Shown here one piece after another: positions 32,580-43,243 of a stretch of 64,000 nt of DNA (positions within the stretch are counted from its first letter, which is position 1; each line of letters opens with the position of its first letter). The position numbers and the translations under genes were made by a program. The stretch lies in IMG/VR virus record IMGVR_UViG_3300006903_000012, one strand, 5' to 3'. The notes under the pieces are model-generated. The model was not told the DNA's origin. It worked only from the letters and a program-made list of their open reading frames with translations, and made no database searches. Origin of the DNA: a virus.

Positions 32580-33261
32580 ATTTTCTTCCTAGAATCTGCA
32601 CAGTCGGTTCTTTAGTTTTAGTCACCACTACATAAGCTGACAGATCAGCAGCGGTTTTCTTACCAATTGATAAAATATCATAAATCTTCAACTGTAAGGC
32701 TTTGCTCGGAGTATCCTCAGCATATTTACCTGATGATGTTTTCAGATCAATTCGCAGCAGCCCACTAAACTGATCTACTTTCTCTCCGATCAGAATCGGT
32801 AGTTTCTTAACATCTAAAACCGCATCAATCCGACCCCGAAGTGTAACAAATCCTAAGTCAACTTTTTCCTGAATCTCCACTAAACTTTTAGGGAAGTTTA
32901 TTTTCGACTCAAAAGCCTTGACCAGATTTGCAGACATCTTGCCGCCTTTTTGATACAAAGATAACCAGCTATCTCGCTTACCATATTCAATATTTTGGCT
33001 ATCTTTATATGGTGTCCAAAATTTCTTGAAATTTGGAATAGCCCCAGTCTTCCACAAGTCTTCCGCAGAGCGATGGATGACCGTCCCAAAAATAAGCGCC
33101 GAAGATGTTTTCTTTCTACGAACACCATCAATATGTGATAACCGCCACTGTAACCCACAGGTCATCCAAGACTTCATTCCACTGGCGGAGATATGCTCTA
33201 ACTTATAAGTTCCTTTATATTCTCTCTCACTCGGATTTGTCTTGAGTTGTGTCATCATCAC
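32356..33261 (-). CDS. PD-(D/E)xK exonuclease, Cas4/RecB-like
   Basis: GRIDAVLD...IDLKTS nuclease core plus the C-terminal cysteines CNYCDFREMC. Confidence 0.65.
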   Translation of the reverse strand: MMMTQLKTNPSEREYKGTYKLEHISASGMKSWMTCGLQWRLSHIDGVRRKKTSSALIFGTVIHRSAEDLWKTGAIPNFKKFWTPYKDSQNIEYGKRDSWLSLYQKGGKMSANLVKAFESKINFPKSLVEIQEKVDLGFVTLRGRIDAVLDVKKLPILIGEKVDQFSGLLRIDLKTSSGKYAEDTPSKALQLKIYDILSIGKKTAADLSAYVVVTKTKEPTVQILGRKYDRQEIKTQINQIRKVSDSIRAGLFIRVEGDHCNYCDFREMCYRSPGWQKLYSVHRDRSGDQPIDGLPNLEEGQ

Positions 33262-34291
33262 TTCCTAAGTCTGATTTTTTGTCTAACATCTCTTGAATTC
33301 TGCTCAAGACTAAATCATATACTTTTTTCTTTTTAGTAATAGTTTTATGCGCCTCGCGCCAGCCATTTCCCAGAGCTGAGTTCTTAATATAAAAAATTGA
33401 AGCTCGCTTCTTAATGATTTTTGCTTCAAGAGCTAGGTTGATCAGATCAAGCCGACTGTCTAAACCGAAACTATATAAGATGGGCACAAATACCTCTCTA
33501 AAGGGTGGCCCCACTTTGTTCTTGATTACTTTGATCTTTGATAAGAACCCAACTTGCTTTGAGCCACCTTTCAAAGTCTGCGCTCGTTTCAGTTCAATCC
33601 TGACTGACGCTGTATGCCGCAACATGCGGCCGCCCGGAGTACTGATCTGTGGACCCCAACCAAAACCACCAATTTTATCTCGAACTTGATTGATAACCAG
33701 AACAGCAGTCTTTGTACCTTTTAGATCGGTGTTCAACATTTTACAAAACTTTGTAACGATTCTGGCTTGCAGCCCAATCTGCATATCAGAAACATCAGCT
33801 TCCAACTCTGCCTTAGGAATTAGTGCTGCAATACTATCTAGAACAATCAAATCAACTTTCTCGCTCAGGATCAATTCTCGAACAATCTCTAATGCCTGCT
33901 CAGCCCAGTCAGGTTGTGCAAAAATAAAGCCGGGTTGCTTTTCGTCAATACCACACTGATGTAAATAATCAGTGTCGAATGAGTTCTCCACATCAACTAA
34001 AGCAACGGTTCCACCCGCTCGTTGAACCTCTCGAATAAAATCATAGCTTAGAGTTGTCTTACCAGATGATTCAGGACCGAATACTTCTGTTAGACGTCCG
34101 CGAGGCAAGCCTCCACGACCCAACGCCCAATTAATAGAAACAGACGAAGATGGGATCACCTGAATCTCAGGATACGATGATTTATTATTCTCAAATGACC
34201 AAACCTGATCGCCAAACTTCTTAATAAGGTCGTTTAGTAAATTCTTGCCTTTAGGCTTCTTTTCTGCTTTGTTCTTTTTGGACTTCTTCAC
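33227..34291 (-). CDS. recA: RecA-family recombinase
   Basis: GLPRGRLTEVFGPESSGKTTL (Walker A), LIVLDSIAAL (Walker B) and the loop region QVRDKIGG. Confidence 0.85.
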   Translation of the reverse strand: MKKSKKNKAEKKPKGKNLLNDLIKKFGDQVWSFENNKSSYPEIQVIPSSSVSINWALGRGGLPRGRLTEVFGPESSGKTTLSYDFIREVQRAGGTVALVDVENSFDTDYLHQCGIDEKQPGFIFAQPDWAEQALEIVRELILSEKVDLIVLDSIAALIPKAELEADVSDMQIGLQARIVTKFCKMLNTDLKGTKTAVLVINQVRDKIGGFGWGPQISTPGGRMLRHTASVRIELKRAQTLKGGSKQVGFLSKIKVIKNKVGPPFREVFVPILYSFGLDSRLDLINLALEAKIIKKRASIFYIKNSALGNGWREAHKTITKKKKVYDLVLSRIQEMLDKKSDLGSDDDTTQDKSE

Positions 34292-35028
34292 TATTTAACC
34301 GTCCTTATCTTGGCGGCTGCCAAAATCTCACTGATAGATGCCAAAACTTCAGGATTGGCAGAATTGATATTCAAAAAGCCAACTTGCTCACGAGTACCAT
34401 TTACAGTTTGAAATAGATCACCAGTCTCCTGCATAAAAAATACACCACTATTCTTCTGTGCCTTCGTTGGTGTCATTTTAGAACTTATCTTTTTATCCTT
34501 CAATCCTTGCCGTAGTTCAGCAGCAGATAAATTGGTATTGGCTAATATCTTCCACCGGTCTTTAGTCATCTCCCCTCGCCGGATGTAGCGAGCGGCGGTA
34601 GCTAACTTAGGAACTGATGTCTTAAAAATATCTACATCCTTAGGAATATCCTTGACATCTAGATACTTGCCCGACAAAAAGACTTCCCAATCTAACATAT
34701 ACATATCGGCCATCTGACTGCCCAGATTATAAATTTCTCGAGCATAATCGTAAAATCCAGCTGAATAGGCTTGAGTAAAAGACTTAGGCAATCCATCCCA
34801 GTTTTCTTTGAAATATAAAAGAATCTGACCTAAAGCAAATTTACTAATCTCTTTATTCTTTGCCCAAGTTGTTCCGATTTTCTGTAGATTCTGCAAACCA
34901 GCTAATGATGGTTTCGATCCTAGGTCTTTGATAAGGCTCTGCTGATCAGATGCTAACTTCTTTATTTCCTGAAGAAAATTCTGTGCAGACACTGGCTTAG
35001 TAACTACCTGTTTTGTTGACATGCGCAC
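34291..35028 (-). CDS. hypothetical protein (recombination/replication module)
   Basis: 245-aa ORF with a 1-nt overlap with recA. Confidence 0.6.
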   Translation of the reverse strand: MRMSTKQVVTKPVSAQNFLQEIKKLASDQQSLIKDLGSKPSLAGLQNLQKIGTTWAKNKEISKFALGQILLYFKENWDGLPKSFTQAYSAGFYDYAREIYNLGSQMADMYMLDWEVFLSGKYLDVKDIPKDVDIFKTSVPKLATAARYIRRGEMTKDRWKILANTNLSAAELRQGLKDKKISSKMTPTKAQKNSGVFFMQETGDLFQTVNGTREQVGFLNINSANPEVLASISEILAAAKIRTVK

Positions 35029-35030
35029 CT

Positions 35031-35654
35031 TTACTCAATAATTCTAGGACCGACAACCGCATCCCTAAAATCTAAATCGATTGTCAGAAGATTTTTCAAG
35101 TCTTTCAGAATAATTGGCTTCCAATCCGGATTTCTAAATATAGCTGCCGGATGAATGATCGGATATATCTTCAAACCAAATCTACCCATAAGAACTTTTC
35201 CCCGAACGGCAGAAATCTTTTTCTCGGATGGACAAAAGTAAGCCAGTGAAGTGGCTCCGACGACAACGACTATTTTGGGTCGTAATGTTTTTAACTGTAA
35301 CTGTAGGTGGGCACTGCATTGTGCAACCTCACGACCAGTCGGTGGTCGGTTGGCCGGCGGGCGACACTTAACAATATTAGTAATATAAGTTATATCTTCT
35401 GGAAACTTAACCTTCTCTAACAACTCCTGTAGCACTTCACCAGCCCGACCAACAAAGGGTAGCCCTTGCTCATCTTCATTCTCTCCGGGTGCCTCGCCCA
35501 CAAACATATAGGTAACATGCGATGTAACTCCCCGACCGACCACCACATTCTGTCGTGTTTTGTGTAAAGAACATTTCTCGCAAAGCTGCATATACTTAAA
35601 TGATTTAGGAATAGTACCAATTATCACAATACCCTGGCTCCGTCCTTTGACCAA
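35031..35654 (-). CDS. uracil-DNA glycosylase family 4-like protein
   Basis: CEKCSLHKTR, GEAPGENEDEQGLPFVGRAG and HPAAIFRNP motifs. Confidence 0.8.
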   Translation of the reverse strand: MVKGRSQGIVIIGTIPKSFKYMQLCEKCSLHKTRQNVVVGRGVTSHVTYMFVGEAPGENEDEQGLPFVGRAGEVLQELLEKVKFPEDITYITNIVKCRPPANRPPTGREVAQCSAHLQLQLKTLRPKIVVVVGATSLAYFCPSEKKISAVRGKVLMGRFGLKIYPIIHPAAIFRNPDWKPIILKDLKNLLTIDLDFRDAVVGPRIIE

Positions 35655-37399
35655 TATCTGGATGTGTATCCATCAGTTGCAAATGGAACTTTCTTAACTA
35701 ACATTTGCGCGCTATCCAGCATAGCTTTTTCTAACATAGCATTACAAGCATCCACTCTGTCTCTTGTCGTCTGCATAATAATCTCATCATGCACAATATT
35801 AACTATCTGCCCCAAGTCCGGATGTTTATTGATTCGAATCGTGGCAATTTTAGTCATTTCAGCCGCACTCCCTTGGATCGGAGTATTACCCGCTTGCCGA
35901 CTAGATTCTTCTAGCTGCATATCTAAATAGCGGCGACGGCCGATAAGTGTTTCGACATAACCATGTTGGGTTGCAAACTCAGCAATGTCATTCATATACT
36001 CAGTAACGCGCGGAAAGGTTCTAGCATGTTCAGTCGACAACTCTTTAGCTTCTCTCACTGATATTTTCAAACTCTTAGCTAACTTTTTGACACCCATTCG
36101 GTAGATCAATCCGAAATTGATATTCTTGGCTGGTTTTCTTCGCGGATCGTCTTTATCAATTGTATCGTCTTTATATAACTTTCTGGCGACGTGGACATGA
36201 ATATCTATACCTCTTTCAAAGGCTTCGATCATACCTGGATCACCACTTAATTCCGCTAAAATCCGTAATTCTTGCTGCGAATAGTCACGGGCTAATAAAA
36301 CCAAATCATCATCGGCGCCTGACCAGAAGCAGGCTCGATATTCCTGATACTCTTTAGACTTGTTTGGAATATTCATCAAGTTTGGTTTATCACCAGCAAA
36401 GCGACCCGTACGTGTTTCCACTTGTCGAATCCGCTGATGAACCCTACCTGTAATTGGATTCACATGTTCCTTTAGAAAAGCGCGACCATAGGTAGTTGTT
36501 AATTTTTGCAGCACCTTATATCTAGCAAACCTTCTCAATAGTGGGTGATCATACTTTTCTAATGAGTCGGCCACTGTTTCCTGCTTCAGATCAGGAAGGT
36601 CAATACCTAATTTATGCAGCCCATCCAAAATAATGGTTTGGCTGTTCGGATTCTCATCCGACAGGCTATCACCGAAAATAGTAATTCTTTTAGTCGTCGT
36701 CGGCAGGTCTCGCAATATTTCTTTTCGGACCTGAGCTAATTCCTCTTCTTTTTTCTCAGCTAAGGCCAACCATCTCTCTGTGTTCAGACTAAATCCGAGA
36801 GATTCAATATTAGCTAAGGCCGGAACTAACCGGTGCTCCAAATCTAAAACTCGCGGGAAGTTTTGGTAACCATTATCTGGTAACTCCTGCATCTTTTGAT
36901 AAATCTTAGGCAGCACCCAAGCATCCAATGCACCATAACGAACCATTTCATCCGTAACAGCATCTCCATTGATAAATCTATCTCGTACATCTTTTTTTAG
37001 TTTCAGATTAAGATGCTTTTGTGTCAAACCATCTAATGATAAATCTGGCCGATGGCCACTGTCATAAACTCCCTCGAATAGAAGTGTGTCAAAAATATTC
37101 TTTATTCTAACATCAAATGAGACTAAAAAATGCTTATACTCAAATGATGAATTATGAATAACTTTTATAACTCGATCATTTTCTAAAAGTTTGGCTAGCG
37201 ACCGAAAGTTGTCACGAAGTACAAAAACATCATCATCCACACACACTTGAGCCAAAACTACTCGATGAAGTCGGGGATCTGGTGGTACATTTTTGCGACC
37301 ATCCTTTAGAAATCTCCTTTTGGGGCTAGTCTCAATGTCTAAACCGATCAAACCCGATTTTGGTATTTTGGCAGCATCATCTATTAAATGAATTTGCAT
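35624..37399 (-). CDS. polA: family A DNA polymerase with 3'-5' exonuclease domain
   Basis: Exonuclease motifs GLDIETS, NSSFEYKH and YGALDA. Polymerase motifs A (DYSQQELRILA), B (RRKPAKNINFGLIY) and C (VHDEII). Confidence 0.9.
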   Translation of the reverse strand: MQIHLIDDAAKIPKSGLIGLDIETSPKRRFLKDGRKNVPPDPRLHRVVLAQVCVDDDVFVLRDNFRSLAKLLENDRVIKVIHNSSFEYKHFLVSFDVRIKNIFDTLLFEGVYDSGHRPDLSLDGLTQKHLNLKLKKDVRDRFINGDAVTDEMVRYGALDAWVLPKIYQKMQELPDNGYQNFPRVLDLEHRLVPALANIESLGFSLNTERWLALAEKKEEELAQVRKEILRDLPTTTKRITIFGDSLSDENPNSQTIILDGLHKLGIDLPDLKQETVADSLEKYDHPLLRRFARYKVLQKLTTTYGRAFLKEHVNPITGRVHQRIRQVETRTGRFAGDKPNLMNIPNKSKEYQEYRACFWSGADDDLVLLARDYSQQELRILAELSGDPGMIEAFERGIDIHVHVARKLYKDDTIDKDDPRRKPAKNINFGLIYRMGVKKLAKSLKISVREAKELSTEHARTFPRVTEYMNDIAEFATQHGYVETLIGRRRYLDMQLEESSRQAGNTPIQGSAAEMTKIATIRINKHPDLGQIVNIVHDEIIMQTTRDRVDACNAMLEKAMLDSAQMLVKKVPFATDGYTSRYWSKDGARVL

Positions 37400-37402
37400 C
37401 TT

Positions 37403-38380
37403 TTATCCATCCAGAAATGAACGATGCCGAATAGCATTTGATTCTCTATCAACCGGCTCATATCCCATATTATGCAGGTAGCGAACCGACACTCTATTTC
37501 TAGCCTGCCAATCCTTTTTCAGGGTATCGGTATTCGGCAGTTTCTGTTCTTTTAGCCATTTCGCTAGGTTTTCTTGAATAGTTGGATTCTGCTTTTCCCA
37601 ATGGTTGCCAGCCATACCCGTCCCAAAATCTATCTGCCCGAAAGGTGTATCACAATAACCGAAACGGCCACCCGAAACCCATGTAGTCGCATCTGCGGAA
37701 TCGCAGTCAACATGTTTTAGAAACTCAGGACTGGTTGTTGCCAGAACGTGCACCTTGATATTTCTTTGGTGGGCATAATCTATAAACCGCCGATAAAAAC
37801 TAATGTTGTGCTTGTGGGACTTTGGATTCTCTAAGGCTAAATATTTATATAACCCAGAATCGCACCATTCCTTCCACTCATCAAAACTACGAGTCCAATG
37901 CCAAATCCGAATGATCTTCTTGGGCGATTTCAGATTCTCTAGCATATACTGACACAACTTATCGGCTGCCTTCCGACTGGAAAAGATGTCAATGTCCATA
38001 TCGAATGCCCAATCGACCCAATCATCATAGTAGTTCAAAAACTTTACATATTTTCTAGTGTATTCCAGCATTTCCGGAAACCGCTTCAGAACAGAGATAC
38101 GTGTCTGTTTCATTTCCGGACTGTTACTACTCAAGCCTTTGCCAGGAACTTTGAAGATTCGATAAAAGGAAAAGACGCCGCTATCAATAAATAGCTGTTG
38201 GGTCGTTTTCTTTAAACTAGCAAACTGCAACTTCAATTTCTCTTTGGGGTTGTCTTTCAAATACCAATAGCTGATCAGAATATTCTCGACTCGCTCAGGC
38301 AAAAGTATGTCATCTACAAATTTCTTTGTCAGCGATGTCGAAAACACCATTCGATTTTTACGTCTCACCTTTTTCGGCAT
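37403..38380 (-). CDS. dpdA: DpdA-like (tRNA-guanine transglycosylase family) DNA 7-deazaguanine transglycosylase
   Basis: FIDSGVFSF (compare TGT DSGGFQ), VHVLATTSP (compare LHLLGVGxP) and VDCDSADATTW. Genomic context includes folE, queD, queE and queC. Confidence 0.6.
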   Translation of the reverse strand: MPKKVRRKNRMVFSTSLTKKFVDDILLPERVENILISYWYLKDNPKEKLKLQFASLKKTTQQLFIDSGVFSFYRIFKVPGKGLSSNSPEMKQTRISVLKRFPEMLEYTRKYVKFLNYYDDWVDWAFDMDIDIFSSRKAADKLCQYMLENLKSPKKIIRIWHWTRSFDEWKEWCDSGLYKYLALENPKSHKHNISFYRRFIDYAHQRNIKVHVLATTSPEFLKHVDCDSADATTWVSGGRFGYCDTPFGQIDFGTGMAGNHWEKQNPTIQENLAKWLKEQKLPNTDTLKKDWQARNRVSVRYLHNMGYEPVDRESNAIRHRSFLDG

Positions 38381-39479
38381 CTTCCACTCCCGGACCGCTC
38401 ACCAATGGAAAGGTCACATAAGTAATATCTTTTCTCTTATTGCTTTTAAGTACAGTAGGACCCTGCGAGTCGGTAAAATGAATAAGCGGATTGTCATCTA
38501 TCAGATTCACAAAATCTAGAATGTGATTGGCATCCAACATAATTGCTAATTCTTTTCCTTTACCACTAGTCACTGAAATCTTTCCAGCATATTTGCCCCG
38601 ATCATCACTTTCAGCCGTAACAGCAATACTCTTACTATCACAAACTAACGATGTCTTCCGATACTTAACATCAGAAAAACCGACTGCTCTAGAAAAGACT
38701 GTTAGAAGTTTCTCTCGCTCAACTTCTAAAACCAAAGAAAACTTTTGGGGCACTTGTGATTCTAACGTCGGATAATTGCCAGAATTTAGATTGAAGTAAA
38801 AGGTTCCGGCATCGGATTTAATTCCAAACATTGAGTCCTTAATACCCAACTTTTTGATTCCGCTAATTCCTTCACATTTCGATGCGGCATTATATGGAAT
38901 CAAGAAATTCAAATCCTGCTCGCTGTTCACCTTACCGATGTCTAACAAAATATAGCGATAACCGTCGGCTGCCTTCACAACCAATCTGCCTTTTTTGGAA
39001 CTAACTGACACATTATAAAGAACAGGAGAAACTAAAGCAGTTGATACAAATTTATTAGCTCGACTGATAGCAGCTATCAGCGCATCACCGTCACACTCAA
39101 ACTCGCTCAATGAATCCCAGCGGGGCCAGTCCATAAAGTCTTGAGCTGAACGTAACTTCGGTGAGGCACTGTCTGTCTTTGATTTTATTCGAACATCTGA
39201 CTTATTAAAATCAAGCGATAACCTGCCTTGACTTTCTTGAGCATAATGGAAGAGACTTTCAAAGACGATTAGATAGCTTCCATTATCTCCTTTATCGTTT
39301 TCTATCTCTAACTGCCGTTCCACAAAGACAGTAATATCGGTCCCCCGAAGCAGCATCCTACCATCTTTCACCTTAATCAGAACGCATTTATAAATCGGAG
39401 AATTAGATGTAACAGTTACCACTTTATTCAAAGAGTAAAGCGCATCGGATAAACTGCCGGCATCAACTCGAACAGTCAT
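38358..39479 (-). CDS. DNA polymerase sliding clamp (beta-like)
   Basis: 373 aa. The N-terminus ...LNKVVTVTSNSPIYKCVLIKVKDGRMLLRGTDITVFVE fits the beta-clamp pattern, and it is adjacent to the clamp loader. Confidence 0.6.
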   Translation of the reverse strand: MTVRVDAGSLSDALYSLNKVVTVTSNSPIYKCVLIKVKDGRMLLRGTDITVFVERQLEIENDKGDNGSYLIVFESLFHYAQESQGRLSLDFNKSDVRIKSKTDSASPKLRSAQDFMDWPRWDSLSEFECDGDALIAAISRANKFVSTALVSPVLYNVSVSSKKGRLVVKAADGYRYILLDIGKVNSEQDLNFLIPYNAASKCEGISGIKKLGIKDSMFGIKSDAGTFYFNLNSGNYPTLESQVPQKFSLVLEVEREKLLTVFSRAVGFSDVKYRKTSLVCDSKSIAVTAESDDRGKYAGKISVTSGKGKELAIMLDANHILDFVNLIDDNPLIHFTDSQGPTVLKSNKRKDITYVTFPLVSGPGVEDAEKGET

Positions 39480-40705
39480 ACGACCCCCGAAACAATTCTG
39501 AGTGTGACCGAGATTCCCAGATAATGTTTAATTATCTTTTGTAGCTTATCTTCGTCTATCTCAGTATTTTTTATTTTCTTCAAAACCACTGTATCACTTC
39601 CTTTCACTCTCACAAATCGTAAACTTTTGACCTGCAAAAGATATTTAGAATGATTAGTTCTAACAAAATAAAGAAAAGCATCCCAATCATTCAGCATGAT
39701 AGCTGGCGGCGGAACTAAATTTAACCGATAAAAGCCATCGACTAAAGCCAACTCCAAACTTATAGCAGGCTGATACATACCCCTGACTATTTCTTCTTTG
39801 GCCTTTTTAAAAACGTCTAACCATTGAAGATAGGTATTAACTGGAAGTTTGCTGTCAACAGCCGTAACAACTGATTTTGCTAATCCCGCTAAAATTGATT
39901 CGCAAACCATTCTTGGTTCATGATAAACACATAAGGACATTAGAGAATCTAATGATTCTTTGATCCTTCCCGAAAGAAAAAGCCGAACTAACTCATCGGT
40001 ATCAACTCGATGTCCGACAACCGACTCAACCACAGCACTATTAATTTTCTCATAGGGAGCCACCACTTCCAACAAGGAAAGAGCATCACGAGCACTTCCA
40101 TTGGCATATTCAGATATTTTGAATAAGGCTTCGCGACTAATTTCTAATCCTTGTGACTGGGTCACTCGAAGAATGACCTTAGCTGTTTCCATCCGGGTCA
40201 AATTCTTCAACTGTAACCACATGCACCGCGATCGAAGCGCCCGATCTAACTTCTCAGGCTCGGTTGTTAAAAGCATAATAAGTGTATTTGGTGGTGGCTC
40301 TTCAATCACTTTCAAAAGAATTGCCATCCCTTTTTGGGTAATTGTGTGTGCCTCATCCAGAATAAAGACTTTGTAATTATATTCGGGCAGCAGATACATT
40401 CGCTGCTGTAACTGTTGAATAGCCCCCGGATTACCATGAACTGTAGAATCAATTTCATAAATGTCCGGATGATTATTCTGCCGACACGACTCACATTTAT
40501 AGCAGGGTCGTTTCTTTTGTGATTTGCAATTTACAGCTCTAGCCAAAATTCTAGCCATTGACGTTTTACCAACACCACGAGTTCCGGACATCAAAATACT
40601 TCTTGTAGTAATTTCGTCTTGCCACGATAAGTTTTCTAAAACCATAGCGGCAGGTTGACCGATTACATCTGAAAAAGATTTAGGACGAAATTCGTTATAT
40701 AGCAT
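39476..40705 (-). CDS. clamp loader ATPase (DnaX gamma/tau-like)
   Basis: FRPKSFSDVIGQ, GTRGVGKTS, Zn module CYKCESC, and KVFILDEAH. Confidence 0.8.
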   Translation of the reverse strand: MLYNEFRPKSFSDVIGQPAAMVLENLSWQDEITTRSILMSGTRGVGKTSMARILARAVNCKSQKKRPCYKCESCRQNNHPDIYEIDSTVHGNPGAIQQLQQRMYLLPEYNYKVFILDEAHTITQKGMAILLKVIEEPPPNTLIMLLTTEPEKLDRALRSRCMWLQLKNLTRMETAKVILRVTQSQGLEISREALFKISEYANGSARDALSLLEVVAPYEKINSAVVESVVGHRVDTDELVRLFLSGRIKESLDSLMSLCVYHEPRMVCESILAGLAKSVVTAVDSKLPVNTYLQWLDVFKKAKEEIVRGMYQPAISLELALVDGFYRLNLVPPPAIMLNDWDAFLYFVRTNHSKYLLQVKSLRFVRVKGSDTVVLKKIKNTEIDEDKLQKIIKHYLGISVTLRIVSGVV

Positions 40706-40724
40706 AACATCCTTTCAAAAGAAC

Positions 40725-41579
40725 TTACCAGCCGACACAAGCTGGTCGCACACTTCGACAATTCAGGTTTTGTTTGGCTGAGAAAACAACTGCATTCCAG
40801 CGTGAATTAACAGCCGTAAAAGCTGGTTGGCATTCCATCCATTCGGCACAACCTCCTTGAGAGATTAAAACACCCATAGCTGAGTCAGGAGTGTAATTAC
40901 CAAACGTGACCGAATCAGCTACCACATGTACATAACCGTCTAAAGCCATCTGTGCTGCCGGATGAGCAGACGACAAATCTTTTAGAGCGGCATTAATTAG
41001 AGTTTGGGAATCCATCTGCCGAAACGACTGCATATCAATTAGCAAGGTTATCTGATCTTTAATTGTTTGACAGTTACCCTGGCAAGAACGAATATATCGA
41101 TCACTGCGATACTCAAATGAAACAGCTTCTAATGCTTCTAGATAAAATAGATCATCTCGATTAATAACTGTTCCAAATTCTCCTTGGACAATAAGAGCTA
41201 GCAAAAATAGATCAGAAATTTTTGAACCTTCTAGGTATAAATCGCCTTCTGGCATTCTAGATAATTGACAGCGAATGTCTGAATATTTTTTGGCTGTATC
41301 TTGAACAAGAGTCGTATTAGAATAATCAGGTAAGTCAGATGATTGAAGAGAATAGCAAATATCAACTGGCCTGACAACGGCTAACTCTGCTCTAACATCA
41401 GTACTCGGATTCTTCTCACTAACAGTATACTTTATCTTATTTAAATCTTTATTACGCCCAACCACAATGGTGTTGGGAGTTTCTGAAGAAACTAAATTAG
41501 TCACAATTGGTATCGGTCTAAAACTTGTTGAAAAGATTGCTGATACCAAAAGAAAACTTTGCAAAAGTCTCATTAGCAA
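40725..41579 (-). CDS. secreted hypothetical protein
   Basis: N-terminal hydrophobic signal-like segment MLMRLLQSFLLVSAIFS and several Cys residues. Confidence 0.55.
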   Translation of the reverse strand: MLMRLLQSFLLVSAIFSTSFRPIPIVTNLVSSETPNTIVVGRNKDLNKIKYTVSEKNPSTDVRAELAVVRPVDICYSLQSSDLPDYSNTTLVQDTAKKYSDIRCQLSRMPEGDLYLEGSKISDLFLLALIVQGEFGTVINRDDLFYLEALEAVSFEYRSDRYIRSCQGNCQTIKDQITLLIDMQSFRQMDSQTLINAALKDLSSAHPAAQMALDGYVHVVADSVTFGNYTPDSAMGVLISQGGCAEWMECQPAFTAVNSRWNAVVFSAKQNLNCRSVRPACVGW

Positions 41580-41637
41580 CTCCTTAACGATGTTGGGCGT
41601 AACAACTCCGCCTCAACTAAAACTTTATTTGCCACCA

Positions 41638-41856
41638 TCAAGCGTCTAAATTAATTAATGCGCTTTTAGCCTCGTTTCGTAAATGTTTAGGAATTTGTTT
41701 TCTCCATTTTGACCACCATTGTCGCATCGATAGTTCATCAAGGTCATCTGATGCTTCTAACCGCAATTTAGATCCTTCACCTAAATTACCCAACCCAATA
41801 TATTGGATCCATTTATTTGTAAACATCTCTCTATCGTCTGAATCTAAATCAGTCAT
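41638..41856 (-). CDS. hypothetical protein
   Basis: 72-aa ORF. Confidence 0.5.
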   Translation of the reverse strand: MTDLDSDDREMFTNKWIQYIGLGNLGEGSKLRLEASDDLDELSMRQWWSKWRKQIPKHLRNEAKSALINLDA

Positions 41857-41865
41857 AGTTTCTCC

Positions 41866-43233
41866 TCATCCCCATTTGGCATAAGCTGATTGCCATGGTA
41901 ACGCAAAAAAGCCAGTTGGTCCATTTCGATGCTTACCTAGAATGTGATACCCAATTCCTTCTTTGGGTGGCATGTTTGGATGTGGTGTGATCTTGATTCC
42001 ATTATTCACATACTCCATCGGCAGATATAACAGGTCAATCAAATCCGCAATTTGCTCGGCCATGCCAGAATACCTGATCTGCCGCACACTGGGCACTCGT
42101 GTGCCAGATAATTCAACCTGCCGACCGATATGTGCAATTCCAATTACAGCACAGCTCAATCGTTTTGATAACGCTTTATGAGTAATCATAGCTTTGGCTA
42201 CCTGACGTTCGGGATTTTCATCATCACCCCCACCACTCGAAACTAGTTCAAGAAAGTCTGTCACCAACAGAACAACTGAACCATACTGAGCTTTGAGTCC
42301 TGAAGCACGACTGGAAATAGTACTCGCAACTAACAGATCTGAATCATCAATAAAAATCGGCAAATTCCGATGCTCTCGTAACGCCTTAACTACTCGCCTG
42401 ATTGATGTCTTATCATTTTTATAACCACCGGTACGCAATAAGACCGAGTTTATTTCGGCCTCAGCCAAAATAGCTCGCGAGACTAAATCAACACCCAACA
42501 TCTCACCACTATTGATAGCCACAACACCGGGCAAATGATTATCTCGCAATCGCATAGCAACTCGAACAGCAACTTGTAGCGCGAATTGCGTTTTTCCAGC
42601 AGCGGGCGGGGCTGCTAAGATAGTAAATCCGGGGTATGGTAACCCACCGCCCGTTGCTCGATCAAACTGATCGAAACCTGTCATCAACCGATCTTCAGGT
42701 GGACCACCTTTTAGAATTCGCTGTAATCGTTGAGTGTACTCATCTAAAAAAGTGTTGTAATGCTTGAAGCCCCGACTCGATTTTCGATTGTACTGGTGGT
42801 CGACTACATCGCGGATAACACTTGCCATGAACTGTTCATCATTTAGTTTCAACAGTGCATTCTTAGCTTCTTTATCTTCTAGAGTCTGATACGCTGCCCT
42901 AAATAATGTTTTTAACTGATGCAGACGGCCCAACTTCTCCACGGCTTTAGCATACCGCAGAGTTTCTTTGAAAGAGAACTCTTTTGAAACACCATAACGG
43001 ACATGGCAGTTCCGAATGTCACGCAATAATGCTAAGCCACCATAACCCTGCACTTTCTCGGCCAACTCCGGAACGGTAAACTGTTCGCCTAGTTCTAACA
43101 TATTGGCATAGACAGCTTGCAGATCATTTTCGGTAATGACATCCTGATTTAGTTCCGGAGCCAATCGCACAAAGTTTTCACGATTCCTGATAAAGCCACA
43201 CAACACCAGCATCTGAAAGTCTCTTGACTTCAT
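41866..43233 (-). CDS. DnaB-like replicative helicase
   Basis: GFDQFDRATGGGLPYPGFTILAAPPAAGKTQFALQVA (Walker A) and a RecA-like C-terminal domain. Size is 455 aa. Confidence 0.8.
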   Translation of the reverse strand: MKSRDFQMLVLCGFIRNRENFVRLAPELNQDVITENDLQAVYANMLELGEQFTVPELAEKVQGYGGLALLRDIRNCHVRYGVSKEFSFKETLRYAKAVEKLGRLHQLKTLFRAAYQTLEDKEAKNALLKLNDEQFMASVIRDVVDHQYNRKSSRGFKHYNTFLDEYTQRLQRILKGGPPEDRLMTGFDQFDRATGGGLPYPGFTILAAPPAAGKTQFALQVAVRVAMRLRDNHLPGVVAINSGEMLGVDLVSRAILAEAEINSVLLRTGGYKNDKTSIRRVVKALREHRNLPIFIDDSDLLVASTISSRASGLKAQYGSVVLLVTDFLELVSSGGGDDENPERQVAKAMITHKALSKRLSCAVIGIAHIGRQVELSGTRVPSVRQIRYSGMAEQIADLIDLLYLPMEYVNNGIKITPHPNMPPKEGIGYHILGKHRNGPTGFFALPWQSAYAKWG

Positions 43234-43243
43234 ATCTCACTTT